Source of the DNA: Gonapodya sp. JEL0774
Lineage: Eukaryota
NCBI GenBank assembly: GCA_027604505.1
Contig: JADIIX010000117.1
Location: 1-64,000, forward strand
Direction of reading: 5' to 3'
DNA: 64,000 nt
Shown: piece by piece, positions 11,596 to 23,662 of the stretch
Layout: the number at the start of each line of letters is the position of its first letter
Position numbering within the stretch: the stretch's first letter is position 1
Notes under the pieces: generated by a model
Seen by the model: the letters and a program-made list of their open reading frames with translations, nothing else
What the model was told of the DNA's origin: nothing
Database searches by the model: none
Program-made: the position numbers and the translations under genes

Positions 11596-12996
11596 TCACT
11601 TGCCATATCTTTGCTCACTCCCCGCGAACTTTTCCATCACCTCCCCAACAGCCCTCGCCGAGACACCCTCCAGAGTCACCGTGGTAGACCACATCCATGC
11701 AATACGTTTACGTGGTGTAGACATTGCCGCCTGTGGTGGTGACGCGACAAAGCGTACTATCCGAGAGGCAATCTCCGAGGATAAGGGTATCGAGTACAAT
11801 TGTGTTGTCCGGAGAAGGTGAGGAGGGAAGCCGTCTAGGATGACCGCAGACGAGGGAAGAGACGTAGGTGGGCGAAGCAGGTCTATAACTGGATTCAACA
11901 GAGGGTGTTTTGTGGTTTGTGCGCTACGGTACGGATTGCTGGTGACAGTAACATCAGCCGTGTGAGAAGGAAAGACAAGGACAACGCAAGGATCGGGAAT
12001 CGAGCGAGAGTTGAAATAACGGGCGAGAAGCTCGGGAGTGAAGAGGGCCGGCGGCCGTGCTGACGTTGCAGTATCTCTCCTTTCCGACACTGCTGGGGTC
12101 TTTGCCGGCTCCTTGTCCCGCACGGTTGTCACAATTGGCGACACACGTATTTCTGCCACTGTCCGGGCAATGAACGGCTTCGAGTCTGTCTCGTAACTCA
12201 TGAGATGGACGCGAAGAACTTTGGGATGGTGAGAAAGGCCCGGCCGTCTCGATGTGCCTGCTGTTGCCACTGTCAATCCCCCGAGTCCTACAAACAGCTC
12301 AATCCATGTGTAGCCGAGAGAATCGGTAAACAAGGATTCGTTTTCCGAGATGACGTCGTACATTCGCAGCACAAGGGTCTCCAGAATGGATCCGTGCCAA
12401 ACGTTATCGCGAACGTATATGGAGAGATCGGTAGACCGGCACTCTAGCGCACAGCGTAAGAGCAGTGTGAACGAATCGGCGAGGGTGGAGTTGGTGCCGT
12501 CTTGTGGGCGAAGAACTGCAGAAAAGTGGCGGGGGTACTTGATCAGTCCTCGAGGTAGTGATACCAGCTGCTCCCCATCATCGTCTTTATCCTTGTGACC
12601 CCGCTCTGGCACTGCGAGACTCCAGCTGATGGCCCTATACACGACGGATGCGCACCAGCGGGCGCAGACCCACACCCCAAAGAGCCAGTGGAACGCGAGT
12701 AGCATTATGACCAAAAGCGGCTGCAGGATCGGCGCTGAGAGGAGTGCATCGAATTTGTACTTCGTGGTGAGAGTAGCGTGGGTTCGAGATGAGGGATTGG
12801 ATGGCGGTTTCGCGGGGCGCGCGGGGAAGGACGAGGAGGGAGGCGACTTGTGTTTCCGTTCATCATCGAGCGGGGCGAGGCGGCGCCGCGGGATTCGTGC
12901 TATTGGAGTCAAATCCTCTAGTTTAAATGGTGCCGTGTTCTTGCTGCTCGATTGCCAGAGATCCAACTCCGATGCACCCCGTGTTCGAAAGAGCAT
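11596..12996 (-). CDS. NUS1: cis-prenyltransferase subunit Nus1 / Nogo-B receptor homolog
   Basis: Intronless ORF with N-terminal TM, KYPRHFSAVL, LSIY, IPDPCVVLVF, LDGFPPHLLRTTQL and the C-terminal EQRYGK (RxG) motif. First ATG at 12996. Confidence 0.8.
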   Translation of the reverse strand: MLFRTRGASELDLWQSSSKNTAPFKLEDLTPIARIPRRRLAPLDDERKHKSPPSSSFPARPAKPPSNPSSRTHATLTTKYKFDALLSAPILQPLLVIMLLAFHWLFGVWVCARWCASVVYRAISWSLAVPERGHKDKDDDGEQLVSLPRGLIKYPRHFSAVLRPQDGTNSTLADSFTLLLRCALECRSTDLSIYVRDNVWHGSILETLVLRMYDVISENESLFTDSLGYTWIELFVGLGGLTVATAGTSRRPGLSHHPKVLRVHLMSYETDSKPFIARTVAEIRVSPIVTTVRDKEPAKTPAVSERRDTATSARPPALFTPELLARYFNSRSIPDPCVVLVFPSHTADVTVTSNPYRSAQTTKHPLLNPVIDLLRPPTSLPSSAVILDGFPPHLLRTTQLYSIPLSSEIASRIVRFVASPPQAAMSTPRKRIAWMWSTTVTLEGVSARAVGEVMEKFAGSEQRYGK

Positions 12997-13764
12997 TGCC
13001 AGCGCTGTCGGCTGGCTTCTCAGTTCTGGAAGCCAGCTTCCTATTCTAAACTCCAAATTTGAAGTTTTCGGTCAGAAGAGCTGGCTGCTCTCTCTCAATT
13101 CCGAAAATACCGCGGTGTTATTGCGTTGCTGTCGAATCCCTCGAAACCCCCTCACATAAGCCGGGGCACCAATGGATCACAGATAATATCCCAATTTTCA
13201 CGGGAATACATTTATATTACGTCAGGAGTGGCGACTTGACAAATAATCGACGATTGCTGATAAGGAGCCCTTACAGTTAAAAGTGACTCGATCTCCCAAA
13301 GGCTCCAGTGGGACGGCGAGGAAAGTAGAAAACAGGCAGAAACTAGCTTGTGAATATTTACATAATAACTCTGCCCACTGTCGGCATGTAATTAAGCATT
13401 AAGCTCGCACCAGTTTGGGTTGTGACTAATCTCACGTTTCATCCCAATATGGCGAAGACTGTGTCCCCAAATATATTTGTTTTTTGAGGGGTATGCCTCC
13501 GGTTGCCAGCCAGAAAACCCCCCCTCAGAATCCAGAACGCCTTGTTGGTGACACCGTGGCAATCGCAAAGAGAGCCAGGAGGATCTCAAACGTGGGTTTC
13601 ACATTGCCTACTTCCACGGACGGGGGGGGATAATAAAGCTGCATAAAGTCAGTTCCAGACCAACAGCGAGCAACCACCCCCAAACAACACTTTTCGCTCA
13701 TTCCATTGCTACCCCAGCCAGGAACGCTTACAATTCATCTTGCAGTCTCCGCATCGTATCCGTA

Positions 13765-14192
13765 ATGTCTCCCAACAGTGGAGTTGTGGGTTCCGACTCC
13801 CGCCACCAGACAAGACGAGTGGAGGCTCTCACGCCACGCTCCGCAGTCGAATCTCTTGCATCGGATGTGAGGCTTGCGTATGCAATTTTCTCCGTCTCTA
13901 AGCCAACTCTTTGCGCGTTTGTCACACCGCAGATCAAAAGGATCATCGATGAGTCCCCTGCTTCCGAAAGGCAGAAGGCGGATTGGCATTGCGAAGTGAA
14001 GGCGATTGAGGAGAGCATAAACAAAGCGACGGATGAGGAAGCAGGACAGCTCAAAACTTACATCACCCTCGCTGGAATCACAGGATCAGGTTCGCCTTTA
14101 CGGTCTCACCTACAAAGTGCCGTTATCTCATCTTTCTGTGTAGGAAAATCGACGTTAATCAATGTTCTTCTCGGAGCTGATATCGTTCCAAC
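13765..14192 (+). pseudogene. truncated dynamin-like (Dynamin_N type) P-loop GTPase fragment
   Basis: ITLAGITGSG |GT-AG intron| KSTLINVLLGADIVPT; no further GTPase exons are visible before it meets the SEL1 array on the opposite strand. Confidence 0.55.
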
Positions 14193-14269
14193 AGTGAGAA
14201 CGGTCGTAACGGGGTATTCCGGCTGCTCGTCCTCACCTCCTTTTTTTTGTTTTTTTCTTGCGGATCCTG

Positions 14270-16900
14270 TCAGAATGACGCAAAATCGTTGGTGTAGCAG
14301 ACACCGAGGTGGAACTGCGCCTCTTTCATTCCCTCGTCGGCGGCCTTCCTGTACCACGCGGCCGCCTCTCGCAGGTCCTTCTCCACGCCTTGCCTGTAGA
14401 GGTAGTAGTTACCGAGGCCGTACTGCGCAGTTGCGTCTACCCGGTCCGCGGCCTTCCTGTACCACGTCACCGCCTCAACCTGGTCTTTCTCCACGCCCCG
14501 CCCGTTGTAGTAGCAGTTACCGAGATTGAACTGCGCGCTGGCGTAGCCCTGGTCCGCGGCCTTCCTGTACCACTTCACCACCTCAACCTGGTCTTTCTCC
14601 ACGCCCTGCCCGTTCGCGTAGCACCAATCGAGGCTGGCCTGCGCACCCGCGTTGCCCTGGTCCGCGGCCTTCCCGTACCACGCGACTGCCGTTCTCTCGT
14701 CCTTCTCCACGCCCTGCCCGTTGAGGAAGCAGAAACCGAGACCGTACTGCGCATGCGCAGAGCCCTGGTCCGCGGCCTTCCTGTACCACGCAACTGCCGT
14801 CTCTCGTCCTTCTCCACGCCCTGCCCGTTCGCGTAGTAGACACCAAGGTTGTACTGCGCGTTGGCATAGCCCTGGTCCGCGGCCTTCCTGTACCACGCGA
14901 CTGCTGTCCTCTCGTCTTTCTCCACGCCCCGCCCGTTCTCGTAGCAGACACCGAGGTTGTACTGCGCGTTGGCATAGCCCTGGTCCGCGGCCTTCCTGTA
15001 CCACGCGACCGCCGTTCTCTCGTCCTTCTCCACGCCTAACCCCCTCTTGTAGCAGAAACCGAGGTTGTACTGCGCCATCGCAAAGTCCTGGTCCGCGGCC
15101 CTCCTGTACCACTTCACCGCCTCAACCTCGTCCTTCTCCACGCCTTGTCCAAAATAGTAGGAGTCCCCCACTTCGTGATGTGCGGCAGCGACCCCCTCTT
15201 CGCCTGCACCAAGACACCACTGAAATGCAGCTTCAAGATCCTTATCCAGTACTCCAAGTCCATTCTCGCAGAAGAAATGGAGCTGATTTTGAGCTTCCGC
15301 ATGGCCGAATTCAGCTGCTTGCAGGTACACCTGCGATGCCTTCTCGAGATCCTGCACGTAACCGTCACCACCATGGTGGACAGATCTGGCTATCGAGAAC
15401 AATGCGGCTGAGTCTTCCATCAGATTTTCTGGAATTTCCACCTCGGGGTGGTGGTCGGATTCTCGTTCAGGACTGCATTTGAGGAATGGAGGTGAGACGA
15501 TGTGGTATCTAACAGCGTACTCCAACTTACGTGATCTGCAGAAGAGTGGCTGTGATCGATGTGAAAGGTGGGCGATTAGCCGGGATCGCGTCCCAGCACT
15601 TCCTCATCAGTTGTTCGAGGTCCCGTGCCATATCGGCGTCGGGCGGCAGTTCGGGGCGGCGATGTGGATGATTGCACACTGATCCAAGAATGGCATAGAA
15701 TTGCATTTTTTGAGTTCACCAAACGGCTCCTTCTTTGTCCAGAGCTGTGTCCCATCCATCAATAGTTAACGGCATGGGCAGGTCGCAAAGTACATAAGCA
15801 CTTCACTCACCGCATATATGACCATGGCAAACGCATAAATATCGTCTGCTTTTTCAGTACCTTCACACTGTAATCGTTCAAGGGACATGTATCTGACGGA
15901 GCCAATCCTGTCGCCCGTTGTCTCATTCGAGGATGCCAGGACTTTTGAAGACCCAAAATCTGTTTTAATGCCGCGCTTCCGTTTGTTCACCAGCACATTG
16001 TCCGGCTTCAAATCTGCGTGAACTATTTCGTGGTCGTGGAGGTAGGTCATCCCTAGCGAAATATCAAGAAGCTGTGAGAAACCTCTATGAAGAAACGAGA
16101 TAATCAAGCACATAAAACAACACTACGAACTCACAAGGTACAGCACTTCACGGCGGCGTTGTGATTCATCTGACCAAACTCTGGTCAGATAGTCTTTCAA
16201 ACTCCCGTACTCAAGAATTGGAGAGACCAATGCAAACATGGATCCTCACTTTACGATACCGTACAAGGGTAGTATATGTGGAGAGGTCATGTTGTACCAC
16301 AACATTGCCTCATGCTCGAAAGACTGCAAGAAAAGTTTGACCATAGACCTCAAGACACATGTCACCTTTCATACTTTTTCGTCTCACCCATTCCGAAAAC
16401 GTATCATCTTTACAGCAACGTCGATGGACCCCAGCCATCTCCCGCGAAATACAGGCCGTATCCTCCACCCCCAAGCCGGTCATGGGATATTTGGAGGTCG
16501 GATTCCTTCATATTCCAGACTTCGGGAATCTTGGCAAGCTCCGTCCTCATCGATGATGGTACTCTCATTGTCATGGAAGGGGGTGTAGCAGGGACGTTGT
16601 TCATACGAGGAACCGCGGCTGTGTACCAGTCGTCGGGGACAGCCGCGGGGCCGCCTTCCCGGGCAGGAGCAGCGCCATCAGACACGCTTGCGTCAACGAT
16701 AAGTGGGAGGACTGCAGTGTGCCAGGTCTCGGGAGGCGGCACGCGTGTTGTCCTTCCTCCACGCGCCAGGAAAGGCCGCTGTTAGCTCAGGGATGTCATC
16801 AGACGATGGATCGTTCACATCGGGGGCGATTTTCTCGTGAGCCAAGTCGGCGACTTGAAAAAGTCTGCGAGAGCGAGCATCGGTCCGCTGTTCGGTGTTG
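14270..16900 (-). pseudogene. protein kinase (TKL-like) + SEL1-repeat gene, copy 2, inactivated
   Basis: GGGGYG [frameshift ~16454] VFRGRWLG..VAVK; in-frame TGA 16246-16248 (GIVK*GSMF); HADLKPDN, DFG, YMSLE; frameshift in A-run ~15710; 1-nt deletion in a SEL1 unit ~14800; array truncated at the 3' end. 5' end approximate. Confidence 0.85.
14300..15140 (-). repeat. ~8 near-identical 108-bp SEL1-coding tandem repeats
   Basis: CCTGGTCCGCGGCCTTCCTGTACCAC recurs at 108-bp spacing (e.g. 14871, 14979). Confidence 0.9.
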
Positions 16901-17210
16901 AGGGAACTACTCCCAGATGTTGGGATGAAGACAACAATTCTACGGTCATTCGTCTGGAGCAGTTTCCAGCCACTGTACAATAATAATACCACGAATTAAT
17001 TCGATAATATTACTTTGGCATTCAATCGTGCCACTGCCTACTGAGACTCCCATGAGTCCGCCAATGTGTACAACTCGATCGCCTTTGGACAGGTCCATGT
17101 CCCACCCAGGCCAAGCTCGTGCGTCCGGCCCAGTACTGCCTGCCCGACTTGGTCTTCAATCTCCTCCGCAGAATGCCTGTAGAGTTACGCCACCTTCACC
17201 AAATGACACT

Positions 17211-20200
17211 CTAGGATGGGCAGGTCGACGGGATCCGGTCGACTATCAGACCTCGCCGTTGCAATGCATGAAATGCAAAGTCGTGGCCCTGACCCGCGGC
17301 CTTCCTGTACCACCCAACCGCCGTTCTCTCGTCTTTTTCCACGCCGTTCCCATTCTCGTAGCAGACACCGAGGTTGTACTGCGCGCTGGCATAGCCCTGG
17401 TCCGCGGCCTTCCTGTACCACGCGACTGCCGTTCGCTCGTCTTTCTCCACGCCCCGCCCGTTGGCGTAGCAGACGCCGAGGTTCGTCTGCGCATTGGCAT
17501 AGCCCTGGTCCGCGGCCTTCCTGTACCACGCGACCGCCTCTCCCAGGTCCTTCTCCACGCCTTGCCCGTTCTCGTAGCAGTATCCGAGGCCGTACTGCGC
17601 ACCTGCGTCCCCCTGGTCCGCTGCCTTCCTATACCACTTCAATGCCTCTTCCTCGTCCTTCTTCACTCCGTCCCCGTAAAAGAGCAAACTACCCAAAGAA
17701 AACTGCCCTTTGGAGTTGCCCTGCTTCGCGGCTTTGCTAAGCCACCTTACTGCATCCTGATGGTTCTTTTTCACGCCATCTCCGCTTATGTACCTCAATC
17801 CAAGACAGAGTTGTCCTTCAGCGTTACCCTTCTCCGCAGCCCTGCGGTACCAGTACACCGCTTGTTCGTCATCTTTTTGGACACCCTGTCCGTTGGCGTA
17901 GCACTGACCAAGATTGAGTTGGGCCTCAACGTTTCTTTGTTCCGCGGCCTTCCTAAACCACTTTATCGCTTCTTCCTCGTCCTTCCTCACTCCCTCTCCT
18001 TTGTAGTAGCTCAACCCGAGCCGGAACTGTCCTTCGGCATTGCTATTCTCGGCTGCTCTCTTATACCAGTTCACCGCTTCTACTTTGTCTTCCTCCACGC
18101 CCTGTCCATTCATGTAGCAGCCTCCAAGAAATACCTGACCAGACGTGTCATCCTGTACGGCGGCCTTCCTATACCAGGTCACCGCTTCTAGTTCGTCCTT
18201 CTCCACGCCATGCCCGTTAGCGTAGCATCCTCCGAGCGCTACCTGGGCCGGCGCCTTGCCCTGTTCCGCGGCTTGTCGGTAGCAATTCACTGCTTGGGCC
18301 TCATCTTTCTCTACACCCTCCCCGTTCATGTAGCAACGACCGAGCTTGTACAGTCCACTTGCATCGCCCTGCTCCGCAGCTCTGCGGTAAAGAGCTGCTG
18401 CTTTTTGCTTGCTTTGCCCCCAAGTCATGTCTCCAAGGCGGACATCCTCGGACGGAGTAAAGACCATTGCTTCAGGTGACTGAACCTGATACTGTCTGGG
18501 ATCGATAACTATCCATTCTCCCATGTCTGGATCTGAATCGAATTGAGCCCCTAGGTGCTTCCAAGCATCTTGAGCAGGCTTGTAGTTGTAACGTGCCGCA
18601 TAGTGGTAGTGCCAGGCTGCCGTTATCTTCAAATTATCAGCGTTATCCTCATCATCCTCGTCATACTCGTCATCTTCTCCATCTTCGTCATCCTCGTCAT
18701 CCGCGTCAGTCTCGCCATCTTCTCCATCTTCGTCATCCTCGTCATCCGCGTCAGTCTCGCCATCTTCTCCATCTTCGTCATCCTCGTCATCCGCGTCACT
18801 CTTGGCATCCTCGCCTTCCTTGTCTCTCTTGCCATCGACGTCACTCTTGTCATATTCATCATCCACGTCTTCGCATTTCTGGAGTTCACTTAATCCCTCA
18901 TAGTAACACCCCATTATAAAGTTTGCTTCTGGGATATCTCCTACAGCCGCCTCCCTGAAATGTACCAAGGCTTCGCTAAACTGCCCTTTGATATCTCTCA
19001 GATAGAGTCCGAGCTCGTAATGAGCCCGGGCCTGTCCTTTCTCGGCAGCTTTGGTCATCCAATCCTCGGCAGCTGGGTTACTCTGCGGCAGTCCTTCCCA
19101 CCCATGCAAGTAACACATCCCAACCTTGAGCTGCATGTCAGCATCAATACCGGCCTCTAACAGTCTGTTGGACCACTCGCTGACTTTGGCCTGATCTCTC
19201 AGAATAGAATTTGTCCCGTGCTCAAAGATCTGGATTAGGTTCAGCATCGCTTGGGGGTATCCTTGATTAGCTGCTTTCTCGAATAACACTTCGGCTGTGT
19301 ATTCATCCCTTGTGAGTCCTGCAATGCCGTTCAAGTAACATACAGCGAGACTGTTTTGCGCGACACCGTCTCCCTGTTCTGCAGCAGCGGAGAGAAGTTT
19401 CACCACTTCTTCACTGCCATCCATCGATTTGTCACGCATCAAAAAAACGCCAAGCTTTGCCTTTGCGCATATGACACCTTGGTCGGCTGCCTTACGGAAC
19501 CACCGAGCTGCCAGCTTCGCGTCTTGTGCTACACCTCGACCTTCCTCATAACATATCGCTATCATTGCTTGTGCGTCAGAGTGCCCTTGTTCTGCCGCCT
19601 TACGTAACCAACAACATGCCTCCACTGGGTCTGCTTTCACACCATAGCCATTCTGATAGCACACTCCCAGTCTGAATTTTGCTGCAGCATGCCTTTCGAT
19701 TGCAGCCTTCATGTACCATTCCACTGCCATGGAATAATCTTGGGCAACACCTTTGCCCTGCTCAAAACTGACACCTAGACTGTATTGCGAATCGACGTGC
19801 CCTTGTTCAGAAGCCTTGAGGAACAACTGAAACGACTTAAGATACCACTTGGCAGGCTCTGCAGAGTCACTGTTCCAATAGTGCTGCGCCAAGTCATACT
19901 GCGCTTCAGGAATACCACCTTTGACTGCCATGCGATATCCCATATTCTTTACGGGTCTCCCGCTATAGCGTGGATCTGATTCCCATAAATGGCCCAACTC
20001 ATAATACGCCCGAGCATACCCACAATCCGCTGCCCGCTTCCACCACCACTCTGCCAGGGCGGAATCCTGTGGAAGTCCCATCCAGCCACGCTTGTAGCAA
20101 GTCCCGACACTGAACATCTGCTGGCTGTCTTGGGAGTCCTGTGCCCGTTTGCGCCATCCTTCAGCCACATCAACATCTTTGGCAACAGTCCCGATGCCTA

Positions 20201-23053
20201 TCTCGAAGATTCGTGAAAGGTTCAACTGCGCTACTAGGCATCCCTGTTCAGCAGCTTTCACAAAGTAATCAGTTGCCAATTTTACGTCTGTGGAACGACA
20301 ATTTCCATCCAAGTAGCAGACTCCTAGACCACACAATGCTGTGATGTTGCCTTCTTTTGCTGATTCTCGGAAGAGCTCAAACGGATCAAACGATTCATCT
20401 TCCTCCTGATCCCCACCAACACCATGGATTAGAAGCACACCGAGATTTGCACAAGCGTCAATATATCCTTTTATTGCGAGCTTGTGGAACTCCAAGATTA
20501 ACTCAGTGTACTCCTTTTCAAGGCCATAGTTTTCAGCATGGAAACTGAAAAAGTTGAACCACCCTTTCTGCTGATTGTCTTCTCGTATCGATATGGCTTC
20601 GCGATATAACCGAGCAGCAGCTGAATAGTCCTGAGGAACTCCTTCACCTGTGAAATAGCAGTGTCCGAGCAAGTACTTCGCGAGCAGGAAGTCCCGGGCA
20701 GCAGCCTCGCGATACAAACTTGCTGCATTAGCCTTAGCAATGTCCTTAGGTAACCCAGGCCTATTTTTGATGAGAAACCCGAGCTTGTAGTATGATATGG
20801 CCACTATTCCGTTGTGACTACCTTTTTCGACAGAGTTTCGGAACCACCTGGCAGCCTTTGCGGTGTCTTCCTTGAATCCAGCCCAACCGTATTCGTAGCA
20901 GAGTGCCAAAATAAACTGTGCCTCCTCGTTGCCTTGAAGAGCCTCCATTCGCCACCACTCAGTACGATTACTCTCAGGGTGACCCAACCATATCAATTTG
21001 TGCCTTGATTTGGAATGCCCACTTTCAGCGGCTTTGCGCAACCAGTATTCAGCATCCTCTGAACGGCCGTAGTCCATGTAACTGAGTGCAAGTTCATACT
21101 GGGCATCGCGGTGCCCTTTCTTTGCAGCCAATTCCAAAAACCGTATAGACTCCTCTGGGTCTTTTGCGACGCCACCATTACCCCATTTGAGATAGATGAT
21201 TGCATAATCGTACTGGGCCGCTGAATCCCCTTGTTTGGCGGCAAGATGTAACCATTTTCCACTTTTGACAAGGTTTCTGGAAACACCAAAACCATCCCAG
21301 TAACAATGTCCAACACGTAATTGCGCCCTTGTAACTCCATGCTTGGCTGCCTTAAGGTAGCATGAAAATGCCTTTGTATAATCCTGGTCAATGCCCTCAC
21401 CCCGAAAATAGCAATTTCCAAGGTGGAATTGGGCTTCTGGGACTGGGTCCTGCCGATTTGCAGCCTTGGAGTACCACAAGACAGATTTCTTGTAGCTCTG
21501 CTCGACACCAAGGCCCCAGTAGTAGAGCAAACCGAGGTCGTATTGAGCCAGTGCAACACCTTGTTTGGCAGCCTTAAGGTACCACTTTGCTGCCTGTTCA
21601 TAGTCTCTGCCAAAAAGTCCCAGTCCAGTGCGATAGAGTAAACCCATCTTGTACATGGCATCAAAATCGCCATCCATGGCTGCACGCTCATACAAGTATG
21701 ATGCCCTGTCAATATCACCAAATTTGCGACATTGTTCAGCCTCTGCATACAAAGCCTCCCGGTCAATCGAGAGGTCTTTAGCTATGGGTGACAGGCCAAT
21801 TGGACCTATCCCTTGAGGTCTAGCAAAAGAAGAGTTAAATAGTGGCACCGTTTTCGGAGGATCAAACACATTGCCTCACACAATATGCTCTAACCTTTCC
21901 ACAATGTCCTTGAATGTGGGCCGGCAATGGGAGACATGCGTCCAGCACTGCTCCATGAGTTCTTGGAGGGCGGGAGGCATTTCAGTATCTGACGGGAGAA
22001 CAGGCCGACGAGAGTTGTAGCATATCTCCTCGAGATCAAACGCTGAAGGGGATGTATATGCGCCTCTACGTGTCCAGAGCTGGCAAGTGACGACAGCTTC
22101 GAGCCACTTCACGTTTCCAGTTGGGATATCTTACACACCTCAAACAGTGTCACTCCAAAAGCATAAACATCATCCTGTTTGGTGGTCCCCTTTTTCAGGA
22201 GGCGCTCTGGGGACATGTACTGACGTGTCCCCATTCTGTACCCTGTCTTGTACTTGTACGCTCCTGCTTCCACCTCATCAGCTTCTTCATCAATGGTAAG
22301 CACCTTGAGCTTGTTATCGACATTGTCAACGTCAAGCTCCCTCAGCTTGTTATCAGTTTCGTCGATGTCAAGGTCAAGAAGGAAACGGAGCCTTCCTAAT
22401 TCCTTTGCTGATCCAAAATCACTGACAAGAGCCTGTCCGGAGCTGCTTATCAAAACATTTGTTGGCTTGAGATCTGCGTGGATAATGCCGCGTTTATGGA
22501 GGTACTCCATGCCACGGGCGATGCCCAAAATCTGGATAAACAATCCAGCTGAAGCTCGCAAGTCCATATCATCAGCAAAAAGACACATACGATAAAATAT
22601 GCTCTCTCTTGGAATGTGTCATGTGGAAGTTTCTCGAGGTATTTTGCAGCATTTTCGTTTTTCATGAAGGGGGTGATGAACTCCAGACTGTCGCCTTCGT
22701 CGTGTATACCGCACAGAGGAGCCACATTTGGTGATTCTAAGCTGTACCAGATCCTAGCTTCCTTCTTGAGCTCCTGCATGGGATATTTTGGCATCACATA
22801 GTGGTAGCAAAAGGAAATGCAAGTAACACACTTCACGATTATCATAGCTTTTATCATGGGGGGTTTTGATGGCAACTGGAAAGCCGCGCCATGTACCTTT
22901 AGTCACGGTGCCGAACCCTCCGTCAGCGATACCACGTTCTGATTTGTGAAGGTCTGCCGAGGAAATGTTCCAAACGGAAGGAGGTTCCGGAATGCCGATG
23001 GGCTTGACGGACAACAGGTCATCATTCAATGGATCAATGACACGTTGCTCCAT
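17211..23053 (-). CDS. protein kinase (TKL-like, non-RD) fused to a long SEL1-repeat array, copy 1
   Basis: IADGGFGTV, VAIK, HADLKPTN, DFG, YMSPE, DVYAFG, CW..RPTF across four exons, spliced in frame (HIV|PQG) to a ~1530-aa exon with >25 SEL1 repeats. Extra 5' exons possible. Confidence 0.88.
18671..18798. repeat. 45-bp coding tandem repeat x2.8 (DADDEDDEDGEDGET)
   Basis: catcttctccatcttcgtcatcctcgtcatccgcgtcagtctcgc starts at 18671, 18716 and 18761. Confidence 0.9.
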
Positions 23054-23662
23054 TGATGTGTAGGTGAAAGGTTGAAGGCTGGTGTCGAAAGGCGCCTTTG
23101 CTGCGCAGAAGATGTGCCGCAATACCAGGGAGTTCGACGGTGATGTTGGAGGGTGGGTACGAAGGATGGCTAGAGTGTTTAAGGCACCACAAGGCGGCAG
23201 ATGCCGATCGGATTGAGAGGGGAGTTGAGGGATGGGGTCGGATAAGGATCGCAGGGGGCCCTATCGAAAGAGTAAGAGACGGCAGAGGTGGGCTGGTGGG
23301 GAGTGCGGGAGACAATGTGAGCAAAACTTGGTTCCTGAACGCTCTCTAGATCCCTCTTGATCATCTGACTTGTATCTGGATCACACGTTCGAAAACCTGT
23401 TGATCCTATCTTGCCGATTTCTCGTAACTCTGCGCTCTACAACTGTTCCATCGCAGACGACCCTAGCGTCTTCCAAGTCGTTTTCCTCATCCACCACGGG
23501 AATCACTGCGCGCGACGGTTCCACGAGCCAAGCACCTACAATCCCGATCTACGAGCCGTATGTACGGCCTCTCTTTACCAGTGGGTTGGGATGCTGTTAT
23601 TTATCTTATTGGGGACTTGGGGTCATGTCTTCGGGCAAACACTGGCTGGCAAAGATCAATCA

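Noticed and set aside
14300..15140. CRISPR-like regularly spaced repeats
   Set aside because: 108-bp period encodes SEL1 repeats in frame; no unique spacers or cas genes; eukaryotic context.
17028..18191. 387-aa + strand ORF and similar shadow ORFs over the SEL1 arrays
   Set aside because: Antisense read-through of the GC-rich SEL1 coding strand.
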